The position numbers and the translations under genes were made by a program. From NCBI GenBank assembly GCA_963760615.1, contig CAVXDX010000013.1, positions 1 through 64,000 of the forward strand: a stretch of DNA of 64,000 bases, given 5' to 3'. Source of the stretch: an uncultured Candidatus Micrarchaeota archaeon. Lineage in GTDB: Archaea; Micrarchaeota; Micrarchaeia; Burarchaeales; Fermentimicrarchaeaceae. The stretch's first letter is position 1, and each line of letters begins with the position of its first letter. Under the pieces are notes generated by a model. That model was not told the origin of the DNA. It ran no database searches and saw nothing but the letters and a program-made list of their open reading frames with translations. Below, piece after piece: positions 19,057-28,542 of this stretch.

Positions 19057-20136
19057 CTAGAGGTACTGTATGGTGTCTATCTCAAAGGCAGTCTTGTCAA
19101 GGGCTTTCTGGTCCTCTTTTATCTTGCCCATGACGTGTGGCGAGGTTATGCCTGTCATTATTGCAGTGACAACCACATCATTGCCCATCTCAGGAGACAG
19201 CCTTGCTCCCCAGATGACATTTGCATTGGGGTCGAATGCGTTCGTCAGACCCTCTCCTATCTGCGTTGCCTCTCCCAGGGTGAGCTGCGGCCCTCCCGAT
19301 ATGTGTATCAATGCCCCCTTAGCTCCTGTGTAATCCACGTCAAGCAATGGATGCTCCAGCGTGTTGTGCACCACTGAATTCACCTTGTCTGTCCCTTTGC
19401 CCTCTCCCACCGATATTACTGATACGCCCGCATTGCCCATGATTGCCCTTATGTCCGCGAAGTCAATGTTTACAAGGCTTGGGAACATTATTGTATCTGA
19501 AATTCCTTTCACGGCTCTGGCAGTTACCTCATCCGCCACTGCAAACGCCTGGTTCATCGGAAGGTTCGGCACATAGCTGACCAGCCTGTTGTTGTCAATC
19601 ACAATAACTGTGTCTGTATTCTTCTTGAGCTGCTCCAGACCCCACTCCGCCTTCTGTATTCTGGCCCTCTCAAGGGAGAATGGGTATGTCACTATTGCAA
19701 CTACAATTGCGCCCTGCTCCTTTGCTATTTCTGCAACTATTGGGGCTGCGCCTGTGCCTGTCCCTCCGCCCATGCCAGCAGCTATGAACACCAGCTCACA
19801 GCCATCCAAAGCCTCCCTGAGCTTGTCCCTGCTTGCCTCAGCGCACTTCATTGCTATCTCCGGGAAACCACCTGCACCCAACCCCCGGGTTATGCTCTTC
19901 CCGATAAGAAGCCTCTTGTCGGCTTCAGTTATCTGGAGGTGCTTGTGGTCCGTGTTTATAGCTATTGTGTCTGCGCTCTTTATCCCCATCCTTGCTAGCC
20001 TGCTTATTGTGTTGCACCCTGCTCCTCCTACTCCCACTACACAGATTCTAATCTTACTATCTTCTAGTTTGTCGTATTTTTGTTCCTCGGGCAGTTTGCC
20101 CGTATTCCTCAACGCCGATTCAATCAAACTCTCCAT
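19057..20136 (-). CDS. ftsZ: Cell division protein FtsZ (paralog A)
   Basis: [34 protein letters not shown]. Start placed at MESLIES after an AAGGTG RBS. Confidence 0.96.
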   Translation of the reverse strand: MESLIESALRNTGKLPEEQKYDKLEDSKIRICVVGVGGAGCNTISRLARMGIKSADTIAINTDHKHLQITEADKRLLIGKSITRGLGAGGFPEIAMKCAEASRDKLREALDGCELVFIAAGMGGGTGTGAAPIVAEIAKEQGAIVVAIVTYPFSLERARIQKAEWGLEQLKKNTDTVIVIDNNRLVSYVPNLPMNQAFAVADEVTARAVKGISDTIMFPSLVNIDFADIRAIMGNAGVSVISVGEGKGTDKVNSVVHNTLEHPLLDVDYTGAKGALIHISGGPQLTLGEATQIGEGLTNAFDPNANVIWGARLSPEMGNDVVVTAIMTGITSPHVMGKIKEDQKALDKTAFEIDTIQYL

Positions 20137-20174
20137 AATAACACCTTTTCCCATAGATACTATACTAAAAAACA

Positions 20175-20267
20175 TCACCCGCTGCCCTCGTCATCCTCCT
20201 CAAGCTCGCGGTTCATGCTTTCAAGCATGCTTCTCAAAGCTATTCCTTTTCTTTCTTTTATGTCCAT
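20175..20267 (-). CDS. Unannotated 30-aa peptide between the two ftsZ genes
   Basis: MDIKERKGIALRSMLESMNRELEEDDEGSG*. GGTGA RBS 4 nt upstream. Fills most of the intergenic gap, co-oriented with both ftsZ genes. Confidence 0.65.
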   Translation of the reverse strand: MDIKERKGIALRSMLESMNRELEEDDEGSG

Positions 20268-20295
20268 CTGGTCACCCTTAATAAAAAACAAAAAA

Positions 20296-21369
20296 CTAAC
20301 CGATTACCTCTATGTCTGAGTAGGGCGCTGGCTCTTTTTCTTCTTCAAATGGCTTGCCCATTATGCTGGCTCCCTTCACCCCTGTCACTATTGCAACTAT
20401 CTCCAGCTTTCCATCGTAGCCTGGCATCAGCCTTGCTCCCCACTTCACATTTGCATGCGGGTCCATTCTCTCCGTGACTATTTCTCCTGCCTTTATTGCG
20501 TCACCAAGAGTCAGGTCCGATCCACCGGAAATGTGTATCAAAGCACCGTTTGCACCCTCAAAGTCTACATCCAGCAGCCTGTTCTTCAGCACTCCCTCAG
20601 CTGCCGAGGTAACCTTGTCTGTGCCTTTGCCCTCTCCCACTGCTATGAACCCCACTCCGCCTCCACCCATTATTGACCTCACATCGGCAAAGTCTATGTT
20701 TATCAGGCTTGGCTGGGTTATTGTCCAGACCAGACCGCCAATTGCCTTTGCAAGTATCTCATCCGCAACGGAGAATGCTTCGTTCATGGGCAGGTTCGGG
20801 ACTATCTTAACAAGTCTGTTGTTGTCCAGAATTATCACAGAATCTGTGACTCTTCTGAGCTTGGCAATTCCTTCATCTGCCTTCACCCTTCTTGCCCTCT
20901 CAAGGTTAAATGGATAGGTGACCATGGCAACTGTTATTGCGCCCTGCTCCTTTGCTATCTCGGCAATCACTGGAGCTGCGCCTGTGCCTGTCCCTCCACC
21001 CATTCCTGCACATATGAAAACCAGATGAGCACCAGAAAGCTCCTTCTCAAGCAGGGGCCTGTCAATCTCTGCGGCCTTTGTTCCTATCTCTGGGTATCCT
21101 CCAGCACCCAACCCTTTGGTAAGGGTTTTGCCGATGAGAATCTTCTTAGCCTTCTCATCTATCATATTGAGGTGCTGCTTGTCTGTGTTAACCGCTAACA
21201 GGTTACAGCCCTTTATGCCGGCTCTTATCAACCTGTTTATTGTGTTGTTGCCTGCTCCCCCTACTCCCACTGTTACAATTTTTATCTGTTCGCTTCCAAA
21301 ATCTTCTAGGTTCGATGAGTCACGCTCACCTATAACGGAGTTTATTAAACCTTCCATACTGATCGCCAT
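20296..21369 (-). CDS. ftsZ: Cell division protein FtsZ (paralog B)
   Basis: [34 protein letters not shown]. Confidence 0.96.
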   Translation of the reverse strand: MAISMEGLINSVIGERDSSNLEDFGSEQIKIVTVGVGGAGNNTINRLIRAGIKGCNLLAVNTDKQHLNMIDEKAKKILIGKTLTKGLGAGGYPEIGTKAAEIDRPLLEKELSGAHLVFICAGMGGGTGTGAAPVIAEIAKEQGAITVAMVTYPFNLERARRVKADEGIAKLRRVTDSVIILDNNRLVKIVPNLPMNEAFSVADEILAKAIGGLVWTITQPSLINIDFADVRSIMGGGGVGFIAVGEGKGTDKVTSAAEGVLKNRLLDVDFEGANGALIHISGGSDLTLGDAIKAGEIVTERMDPHANVKWGARLMPGYDGKLEIVAIVTGVKGASIMGKPFEEEKEPAPYSDIEVIG

Positions 21370-21563
21370 TTTTACTTTTCATTCACACTTATTTAAATAC
21401 CTTTCGGTTTTGAAATTTTTTGCTTTTTTTGCTGAAATTTTACGACGTGAATTCTGCATATTGAATTTTTTACAATGTTCGCCTCTTGCATAAGTGCGTT
21501 ACGTCAGGTTAAAAACCAGAAAATTCAATCAAGCTTTTATATATAAAAATTCAAAAGAAAAGC

Positions 21564-22562
21564 ATGCATGATCTAGCCCTGAAGGAGCAGACTCCGTTAG
21601 CAGTGGTAGAAGAAAGACCTCCCTTTCACGAGATAAGCATAATCAAAGTGGAGAACGTCACGAAGGGGCGGCACATAGGAGTGATGGTCACCCACCACCC
21701 CGAATCCATGCAGGTCTTTGCGGATGTGGTGAGTAGCAGCAAAGTGAAGACAATCATCCTTGAGGATTCTCCTGGACTCATGGATGTCATAGAAGGAAAG
21801 AAAACAATAAAATCCAACATAAACGAAATTTTCAAAGTTGACCTGGATAAGAATCCCGAGGCTCTCAGCATCCCCCGTATTGCTTCATATAAGCGTAGAT
21901 GCGAGATTCTGATTGAGCTGAAGGAGCAGGATCCCGAGCTGAAGGTAATAATCCTAGACCCATACTACGATAAACAGGTACTTGGACCAAAGGGAGAAAC
22001 CTATGGTGACAGGATGAGGCTTCAGGAGAGTATAAATGAAAACATGAGGCTGGTGGAGAGGGCTATTGAAATAAAGGATTTTGAGGGTGCAGTTGAAAAT
22101 ATGAAAGTAGTCGCAAAGGGTACAGGGAAGCAGATAGTAATGAGCGATGAGATGACAGGTGTTGCGGTAGCCAAGGGAAATTACTCAGGAGATGTTGCTA
22201 TTGAACGTGGAGAAGGGCACTTCGCATTGCAGACGAATTTGGAAGCAAATGTGAAAGATAGCAATGTCTCTGTGATATTCGCAAACAAAGAAATTATTGA
22301 GAAAGTCTTCAAAGAGGATGAGAATTTTTATCCCCAGCTTCTGCAGCTTGCCCACAAATATATCGAAAAGGGAGAGGCTCTGGAAAAAGACGTTGCTGAT
22401 TTGCTTGCGGCAAGGGCTTGCGCTGCAGCTGTGATGTTCACTCAAGAGTTCAACAGACTTTTGAAAGAGGGCAAGAGGATGACTGCCGAGAGGGATTACG
22501 AGATAATAAAGGCGGCAAATGACCTCTCCTTGGACGACTGCAAGAAGATAGTTATGAGCTAA
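21564..22562 (+). CDS. Hypothetical protein (possibly Tiki/ChaN/EreA-like fold)
   Basis: 332-aa ORF with a TATA upstream. Weak pattern H..H, IILE, ERGEGH. Confidence 0.55.
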   Translation: MHDLALKEQTPLAVVEERPPFHEISIIKVENVTKGRHIGVMVTHHPESMQVFADVVSSSKVKTIILEDSPGLMDVIEGKKTIKSNINEIFKVDLDKNPEALSIPRIASYKRRCEILIELKEQDPELKVIILDPYYDKQVLGPKGETYGDRMRLQESINENMRLVERAIEIKDFEGAVENMKVVAKGTGKQIVMSDEMTGVAVAKGNYSGDVAIERGEGHFALQTNLEANVKDSNVSVIFANKEIIEKVFKEDENFYPQLLQLAHKYIEKGEALEKDVADLLAARACAAAVMFTQEFNRLLKEGKRMTAERDYEIIKAANDLSLDDCKKIVMS

Positions 22563-24310
22563 GACTCCTCAAGCTGGATTCTCTTCTGCATCTTGTACAT
22601 CTCAATTATCTCCTTAACAGTTGTGGCCTCCTCCGGGGATTTATCCTCGCGCAGCTCCATCATCCTGGGGAATCTCAAAGCGTACCCGCTGTCCTCCTTT
22701 GTTTTCCCAGCAGTATGCGTCGGGGAGCGCGTTATCTCATCTGCAGCAACCGCCACGACATATTTCAAGTCAACCCAGAAGTCCGGCTTTATATCTGAGT
22801 CAACTCTTGCAATCTTGTGCTCTACCTTTATTTTTCCGAGCATCTCCTCAAACTGCTTCATCTGCTCCTCGGAGAAGCCTGTGCCTATCTTTGTTATGGA
22901 CTTGAACATGTCCTCTTTCTCATCGTAAACAGCGCAGAGCAGCCCTCCGAACTTGAATTTAGCGCGCATGCCTTTCCCTAGGAAATACCCTATGATGACC
23001 AGATCAACAGTGTCAGCAAGCTCCCCCTTGTAGGACCTCTTCAGCTTTATCCAGGCAAATTTTCTAGCGCCTGCTTCGTATTGGGCATTCAAATCTTTTG
23101 CAACTATCCCCTCCATCCCCTTCTCTATTGACTCCTCAAAGAACTCCTCGAGCCTCTTGGGGTCGTCCGTGATTGTCATCTCAGAGAGTCTTATCACGCT
23201 GCCTGCTGCAATCAGCTTCTCAAGCCTCTTCCTCCTCTCATGGTAGGGATGTCTGGTGTAATCCTCTCCGTCAGCATAGAGAACGTCAAAGGCAAAAAGA
23301 TTCAGTGGGTATTCCTCTGCTTTTTCTTTCACGCCATATTTCCTTTTTCTCTGCATTGTGAGCTGGAAAGGATAGTACTCCCCGGCCACTTCATTGTAAG
23401 CAAGCGCCTCACCCTCGAGAATTGCATCCTTTGCCTTCACCTGCTTTCTCACCCCTGCAACTATTTCAGGGAACATCTGCGTCATCCTCTCCAGCCTTCT
23501 TGAGAATATCTCAACTTTGTCATTCTGCTTGTGCAACTGCATCCTTAGCCCGTCGTATTTTCTTTCCACAGCGCACTTTCCGAGCTTCTCAATTATCTCT
23601 TCCGCACTGGGCAGTCTCTCGGCAAGCGCTGGTCTTATCGGATTGAAGACTTTAACCTTGAATCTTCTTATCCCCTCAATTCCATCTGAAAAAAGAGTTC
23701 TGGCCACGAGCCCCAGGTCCGAGCATAGGTTGTATGCTCTCTCAAGCTCCTCCCTCATGCTCTTGTCGCCAGCCTTGTAAGCCGAGAGCGCATCCAGTAT
23801 TGTTGGGTCTCCTATGCCAAGCCTCAGCCTTCCAAGCGGGAAGCGTGTGATGTATCTTACTTCCTTTGGACTGGAATTGTTCAGCAATTCAACCAGCCCC
23901 TTTATCTTCATTTCCTGGCTTCCTGCTCCGCTCGTCTTCGCCATTTTCATGAAGTTGTCAAATACCTTCTGTACTGAGAGAGGGTGAGAAAAAAGAGACA
24001 TCTGCTGCTTTGAGGAGAGCAGCTCCTCGGCAGTCTTCCCCAAGTCTCCTGTCTTCCTGTAGCTATCCTCCACCTTCTTTTTCGGGTAGCCTGTTGCAAG
24101 TGAAATTGCCGCCTCAACAAATTTCTCGCCGAGCCCAACTTCAATTCCCTCAAAAGGCGGAGCGACAACTCCCTGGCTGAGGTAGATTATCTTGTCAATC
24201 TCATCCGGCTTGGCCTTCTTGAAAAGCTCTGAGAGTATGGCCATCATCTCCAGCCTTCCTTTGGTTGCCTCGAGCTTCTCATATGCCTCTGCAAGCACGC
24301 TGAACTCCAT
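22559..24310 (-). CDS. lig: ATP-dependent DNA ligase (archaeal type)
   Basis: ERKYDGLR (motif I), AILEGEA, EGIVAK, WIKLK, ALRFPR. Start at MEFSVLAE. Confidence 0.96.
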   Translation of the reverse strand: MEFSVLAEAYEKLEATKGRLEMMAILSELFKKAKPDEIDKIIYLSQGVVAPPFEGIEVGLGEKFVEAAISLATGYPKKKVEDSYRKTGDLGKTAEELLSSKQQMSLFSHPLSVQKVFDNFMKMAKTSGAGSQEMKIKGLVELLNNSSPKEVRYITRFPLGRLRLGIGDPTILDALSAYKAGDKSMREELERAYNLCSDLGLVARTLFSDGIEGIRRFKVKVFNPIRPALAERLPSAEEIIEKLGKCAVERKYDGLRMQLHKQNDKVEIFSRRLERMTQMFPEIVAGVRKQVKAKDAILEGEALAYNEVAGEYYPFQLTMQRKRKYGVKEKAEEYPLNLFAFDVLYADGEDYTRHPYHERRKRLEKLIAAGSVIRLSEMTITDDPKRLEEFFEESIEKGMEGIVAKDLNAQYEAGARKFAWIKLKRSYKGELADTVDLVIIGYFLGKGMRAKFKFGGLLCAVYDEKEDMFKSITKIGTGFSEEQMKQFEEMLGKIKVEHKIARVDSDIKPDFWVDLKYVVAVAADEITRSPTHTAGKTKEDSGYALRFPRMMELREDKSPEEATTVKEIIEMYKMQKRIQLEES

Positions 24311-24409
24311 GAAAGAATATTGTTTGGGGAGGTTTAAAAGAGTGAGCGGAGAATGTTGCATCCTCTAAAGTTGAGGTGAAAGCGAGTCATATCCAATTTC
24401 ATCGGAAAG

Positions 24410-25625
24410 CTACCCCTCCCAGAGGTTTATAAAGGGAGAAATAGACGTAAATAACGTCTATGAAAGCCTACAAATTCAGGATATATCCCTCGAAGAAGCA
24501 GGAGGAGCTTTTGAATAAGCATTTGTGGTTAGCAAAGAACCTCTGGAATGAACTACTTGAGGACTGTAAACAAATGTATAGCGATTTTGGCTGCTTCCCA
24601 ACAAAGAATACCCTTCAGTTGATGGTAAAAGATTATGGTTTATATTCCCAGACACAGCAAGAAGTTGCTCACAGGGTTTACAATTCACTGATGAGGGTTT
24701 TCAAGCTGAGGAAGAAAGGAGTGGAATGTGGCTTTCCAAGATTTAAGTCTATGGAAAGAATGAAAAGTATACACTATCCAGAGTATGGGTTTGATTTTTC
24801 TTTAAATAAGGAACTCAAAGTAACTCCTTTTGGTGAGATTGCAATAAAAAAACATAGGGAGATAAAAGGAAAGATAAAAACTCTCACTCTGAAAAGAGAA
24901 TCTTCTGGAAAGTGGTTCGCAATTTTCACTGCTGAGGAAGAGAAATCTATATCGAAAGAAAACAAAAAAGAGTCAGTAGGCATAGATTTAGGATTGATGA
25001 GATTTGCAACACTCTCAAACGGAATGAAGATAGACAACCCAAGGCATTTCAAAAGATATGAGGAGAGGCTTACTTTTATACAAAGAAAGTTCAGCTTCCA
25101 TAAAAAGAAAAAAACCAAGAACTACAAAAAGGCAAAGGTGAGAGTAGCAAAGTTGCATGAAAAGATTTCAGATTGCAGGAAAGACTTCTTGCACAAAATT
25201 TCAACTGAACTGGTGAATGATTATTCCATCATTGCATTGGAGAAACTTAATTCACGACAAATGGCAGAAAAGAGATACGGGAAGCAAATCAACGATGCGG
25301 GATGGAGTATGTTTGCAAACATGCTTGCATACAAGGCGGAAGGTGCTGGATGCAGAGTGGTGTTTGTGAACCCTGAAGATACTTCAAAGATGTGCAGCAA
25401 CTGCGGAAGCATCAGAGATCACCTGAGTCTCCGGGACAGGGAATACGCCTGCCCCAATTGTGGTTTGTTAATAGACAGAGACTTGAATGCTGCACGCAAT
25501 ATACTCATCAGAGCTACCCCTGGGCAAGGGGGAAGTAACGCCTGCAATTCCGTAAAGGAGAGAGATGTTGCATTGGCAACGTCTATGAAGCAGGAAGCCA
25601 AGCCTTTAAAGGCAAAGCATGTCAC
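24410..25625 (+). mobile_element. IS200/IS605-family (IS1341-like) solo tnpB element; left boundary approximate
   Basis: tnpB without tnpA. Left hairpins ctccc..gggag and atagacgt-aaata-acgtctat (24441-24461). Typical right end GAAGCC-hairpin(gcct-ttaa-aggc)-GTCAC ending 25625. Confidence 0.65.
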
Positions 25626-25641
25626 ATATTTATCAAACTAA
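24460..25641 (+). CDS. tnpB: RNA-guided endonuclease TnpB
   Basis: MKAYKFRIYP HTH; RuvC D (GIDLG), E (ALEKL) and D (DRDLNAARNI); Zn finger CSNCG...CPNCG. Confidence 0.95.
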   Translation: MKAYKFRIYPSKKQEELLNKHLWLAKNLWNELLEDCKQMYSDFGCFPTKNTLQLMVKDYGLYSQTQQEVAHRVYNSLMRVFKLRKKGVECGFPRFKSMERMKSIHYPEYGFDFSLNKELKVTPFGEIAIKKHREIKGKIKTLTLKRESSGKWFAIFTAEEEKSISKENKKESVGIDLGLMRFATLSNGMKIDNPRHFKRYEERLTFIQRKFSFHKKKKTKNYKKAKVRVAKLHEKISDCRKDFLHKISTELVNDYSIIALEKLNSRQMAEKRYGKQINDAGWSMFANMLAYKAEGAGCRVVFVNPEDTSKMCSNCGSIRDHLSLRDREYACPNCGLLIDRDLNAARNILIRATPGQGGSNACNSVKERDVALATSMKQEAKPLKAKHVTYLSN

Positions 25642-25659
25642 ATAGTCTCAAGTGGTTGC

Positions 25660-26130
25660 GTGAAGAATAAAACCGTGCTTGTCTCCGCGATTATCCTGTG
25701 CGAGCTGGCGGGAGTCATAGGCTCATTTTTCACAATTCCCTCAATTGACAGCTGGTACTACAAGCTCATAAAGCCCAGCTTCAGCCCCCCAAATTGGCTT
25801 TTCGGCCTGGTGTGGGTTATCCTATATTTTCTGATGGGCATATCCGCCTATATTGTGTGGGAGAAAGGAGTGAAAAAGAAGAATGTGAAAAATTCTCTGC
25901 TGATTTTCGGAGTGCAGCTGGCTCTCAACATTCTCTGGTCCATCCTCTTCTTCGGCCTGCATTCCCCGCTCTATGGGTTCATATGCATAATTCTGCTCTG
26001 GGTTGCAATTGCGGTCACAATCACAAAGTTCTACAGAGTTTCAAAAACTGCCGGACTTCTGCAGGTTCCCTACCTGCTGTGGGTGACCTTTGCTGCACTG
26101 CTGAACTTCTTCGTATGGAGGCTGAACTGA
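25660..26130 (+). CDS. tspO: TspO/MBR tryptophan-rich sensory protein
   Basis: WYYKLIKPSFSPPNWLFGLVW, QLALNILWSILFFG, PYLLWVTFAALLN. Confidence 0.93.
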   Translation: MKNKTVLVSAIILCELAGVIGSFFTIPSIDSWYYKLIKPSFSPPNWLFGLVWVILYFLMGISAYIVWEKGVKKKNVKNSLLIFGVQLALNILWSILFFGLHSPLYGFICIILLWVAIAVTITKFYRVSKTAGLLQVPYLLWVTFAALLNFFVWRLN

Positions 26131-26179
26131 GAGGTAATAAGCCGCATATGATTTAATACATCATCTTCGTAAAAATAGC

Positions 26180-27034
26180 ATGCCGAAAACAACCTACAAG
26201 CGCATACAGGAAGAACTGATGAAGCTGCATTCGTCCAGCATGAAGGATTCTCTGGAAGACCTCTCCCCTGCTGAGAGGAAAGATGCTAGAGAGACTATCA
26301 AGAATTCAATTGCAGAGTTGGCAAGGAAGAATGCAAAGATAGAAGTTTTAAAATTAGCCGAATACCCGGAGTTCGTCGGGAGGGAAGGTACGGGCAGGGA
26401 AAAACGGATTCATGAGAAAGTAATGAAGTTCCTCCCTAAGCTTGAAGAAACATCAGAATTGCTGCTGGGGGATGAGCATATAGCAATATACCTTGTTGGA
26501 ACTCATGCGAAAGGGACTGCTGGCGTAGAGAGCGATGTTGATATAACCCTGCTGACAAGGCATATCAATCTAATAGATAGGGAGTTCCGCAAATTAGAAA
26601 AAATTGCTGAGAAAACCAGAAAGTTTAGAGTTGAATTTGACTGCTGCTCTCTAGAGGATGCAAAGAAATCAATAAGAGAGGTTACACAGGATATACTACT
26701 CCAATACTCCGGTCATAAGAGTGCGGCGTTAGACATTTTTCCTTTTTTCTATGGTAAAACATTTGGGAATGATAATAAAATTCAAGCTGCGAGAAAGGAG
26801 ATTATTCAGGAGCTGGCAAAACACCCTTATGGAGAGCAGATCTGGGAAGTTGTCAGAAATAAATTTCACTCGCGTCAGGTGCTGGGACTTGCGAAACAGG
26901 GCTGGCCGGTTGACGACTATGCAGAGAAAAAGCTTAGAGTAAGCAAGGAAGATTATCATGAGATTGTTGACACGAGGAAAGAATTTGCCCTTCCTACTTT
27001 TGATGAGATGAAAAAGCGGTACGGAGTTGCCTAG
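26180..27034 (+). CDS. Hypothetical protein with Pol-beta-type nucleotidyltransferase domain
   Basis: IYLVGTHAKGTAGVESDVDITLL (GS/T and DxD motifs). Confidence 0.65.
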   Translation: MPKTTYKRIQEELMKLHSSSMKDSLEDLSPAERKDARETIKNSIAELARKNAKIEVLKLAEYPEFVGREGTGREKRIHEKVMKFLPKLEETSELLLGDEHIAIYLVGTHAKGTAGVESDVDITLLTRHINLIDREFRKLEKIAEKTRKFRVEFDCCSLEDAKKSIREVTQDILLQYSGHKSAALDIFPFFYGKTFGNDNKIQAARKEIIQELAKHPYGEQIWEVVRNKFHSRQVLGLAKQGWPVDDYAEKKLRVSKEDYHEIVDTRKEFALPTFDEMKKRYGVA

Positions 27035-27480
27035 TCTATCTTTCCCCTCAGCATCCCTGAATCCGTATGCGATCCCCCGCCGAGTATCGTGAAGTTGAAC
27101 TCAATCTTGTTGTTATAGAACGTATCCCCCCTGTTGCCGCTGATTGTTGAGTTGCCTGTTATATTGAACGTCGATCCAGGGCTCATGAGCTTTGGAAGGG
27201 ATGGATTCAAGTCTGTGAGTGATGCGCCCTGGATTTTTATATCCATGAGGTTAACTGAGGATTGCGCGTTATTCACCAGGTACAATGTTATCACACCAGT
27301 TCCATTGACTGTGAAGTCGGTTACGCCAAAGGTGCTCAGCCCCACAGCCTCATCTCTCACTGGAACCCATGCCGTGGGGTTGAAGGCCCCCAGGTAGAAC
27401 AGCAGCATTATTATCACAGATATGGCAACAATCGCCCAGCCGTATGTTATAAGATATTCCAGAGCTGTTTGACCTCGCAT
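27031..27480 (-). CDS. Type IV pilin-like protein (class III signal peptide)
   Basis: MRGQTALEYLITYGWAIVAI followed by a hydrophobic helix. Confidence 0.85.
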   Translation of the reverse strand: MRGQTALEYLITYGWAIVAISVIIMLLFYLGAFNPTAWVPVRDEAVGLSTFGVTDFTVNGTGVITLYLVNNAQSSVNLMDIKIQGASLTDLNPSLPKLMSPGSTFNITGNSTISGNRGDTFYNNKIEFNFTILGGGSHTDSGMLRGKID

Positions 27481-27527
27481 TCCATCACCATCCTATTTTC
27501 GTCTTTTAGTTTATTTAGTTTAAATAC

Positions 27528-28541
27528 TTATCTTGCCAGAACGCCGCTGAATGCTGTTTGGAATACCGCGTGCGCCAGGAAGAATATCATCAAAGCGCAT
27601 ATAACGAATATTGGCACCAGCTTCAGCCCTCCAGTGATTCTGCCGTACCTTATCTGGGCCAATGTAAATGCACCGCATACTGTGGTGAGAATTATGCAGG
27701 CAATGGCGAATAGGTTAATCTGGTCAGTACTTATAGACGGCCCTTCACCTCCCCCTCTCATAAAAGCGCTGAAGCCCCCGCTCATGGGGATGGTCGAAGG
27801 CATCGCAACCCTGTTCTTCATTATGCTGAGACTCATCTCGGAGTAGAAAAGCGATGATGCGAAGAGCACTGGAGCCGCTATGACAGAACTGAAGATTATG
27901 AATATAGTGTACATGAGCGTTGCGTTAAGCACCTCCTTCTTCAGCCTGCTGGTGCTCCTTATGTCATGGGCAACCTCATCGAGCAGAGGAGCCATCTCAC
28001 CGCCCATCTCGATTCCACCCACCAGCAGCTTCACCGCCCTCTCAAGGGTTGATGACTTGACCCTGTCGGACATTTCCAGCAGTGCCTGCGATATGGGTTT
28101 GCCTCCAAAGCACTTGCTGCTCACGATTTTTATCTCATCCTCCAGGGGTCCGAACTCCGGCCTCGCCCCCATCCATATCGCGTTCTCGGTTGTCATTCCA
28201 GCTCGAACGTTTGCCGATATCGTCTGCAGGGCGTCCGGAAGTACCTCCTCTATTTTCACCGCCCTGCTGTCAGCAGTGGCAGTAAGGATGAGGTAGAATA
28301 TGAACTCAACAGCTGCCCAGACAAAAACACCGGCTATCCAGGCAAACCTCGACTCAATAAACGTGAGTGCAACTTCGAATGCTGCAAGTGCGAATACCAC
28401 CGACCAAAAGAAGCCGGCACCGATGTATGCTCTGGGCTTCATCTTCATCCCGCCCTGTGTCATGACCTTGGTCACCCTCTTGACAAAGACTGAAGGAAAT
28501 ACCAGTGAGAGTGATGTGAAGAATTTGTCCGTTATTTTCAT
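27528..28541 (-). CDS. Type II/IV secretion system F-family membrane platform protein (TadC/FlaJ-like)
   Basis: IEEVLPDALQTISANVRAGM, GIEMGGEMAPLL, multiple TMs. Confidence 0.88.
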   Translation of the reverse strand: MKITDKFFTSLSLVFPSVFVKRVTKVMTQGGMKMKPRAYIGAGFFWSVVFALAAFEVALTFIESRFAWIAGVFVWAAVEFIFYLILTATADSRAVKIEEVLPDALQTISANVRAGMTTENAIWMGARPEFGPLEDEIKIVSSKCFGGKPISQALLEMSDRVKSSTLERAVKLLVGGIEMGGEMAPLLDEVAHDIRSTSRLKKEVLNATLMYTIFIIFSSVIAAPVLFASSLFYSEMSLSIMKNRVAMPSTIPMSGGFSAFMRGGGEGPSISTDQINLFAIACIILTTVCGAFTLAQIRYGRITGGLKLVPIFVICALMIFFLAHAVFQTAFSGVLAR

Positions 28542-28542
28542 A

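Noticed and set aside
19709-20997. 20-23-bp identities between the two ftsZ genes as gene conversion
   Set aside because: They cover only the invariant EQGA and [10 protein letters not shown] motifs, so protein conservation plus codon bias explains them.
21400-21560. ttgaattttt / aaaaattcaa inverted matches as MITE ends
   Set aside because: They are short AT-rich matches in a divergent promoter region, with no target-site duplication or second copy.
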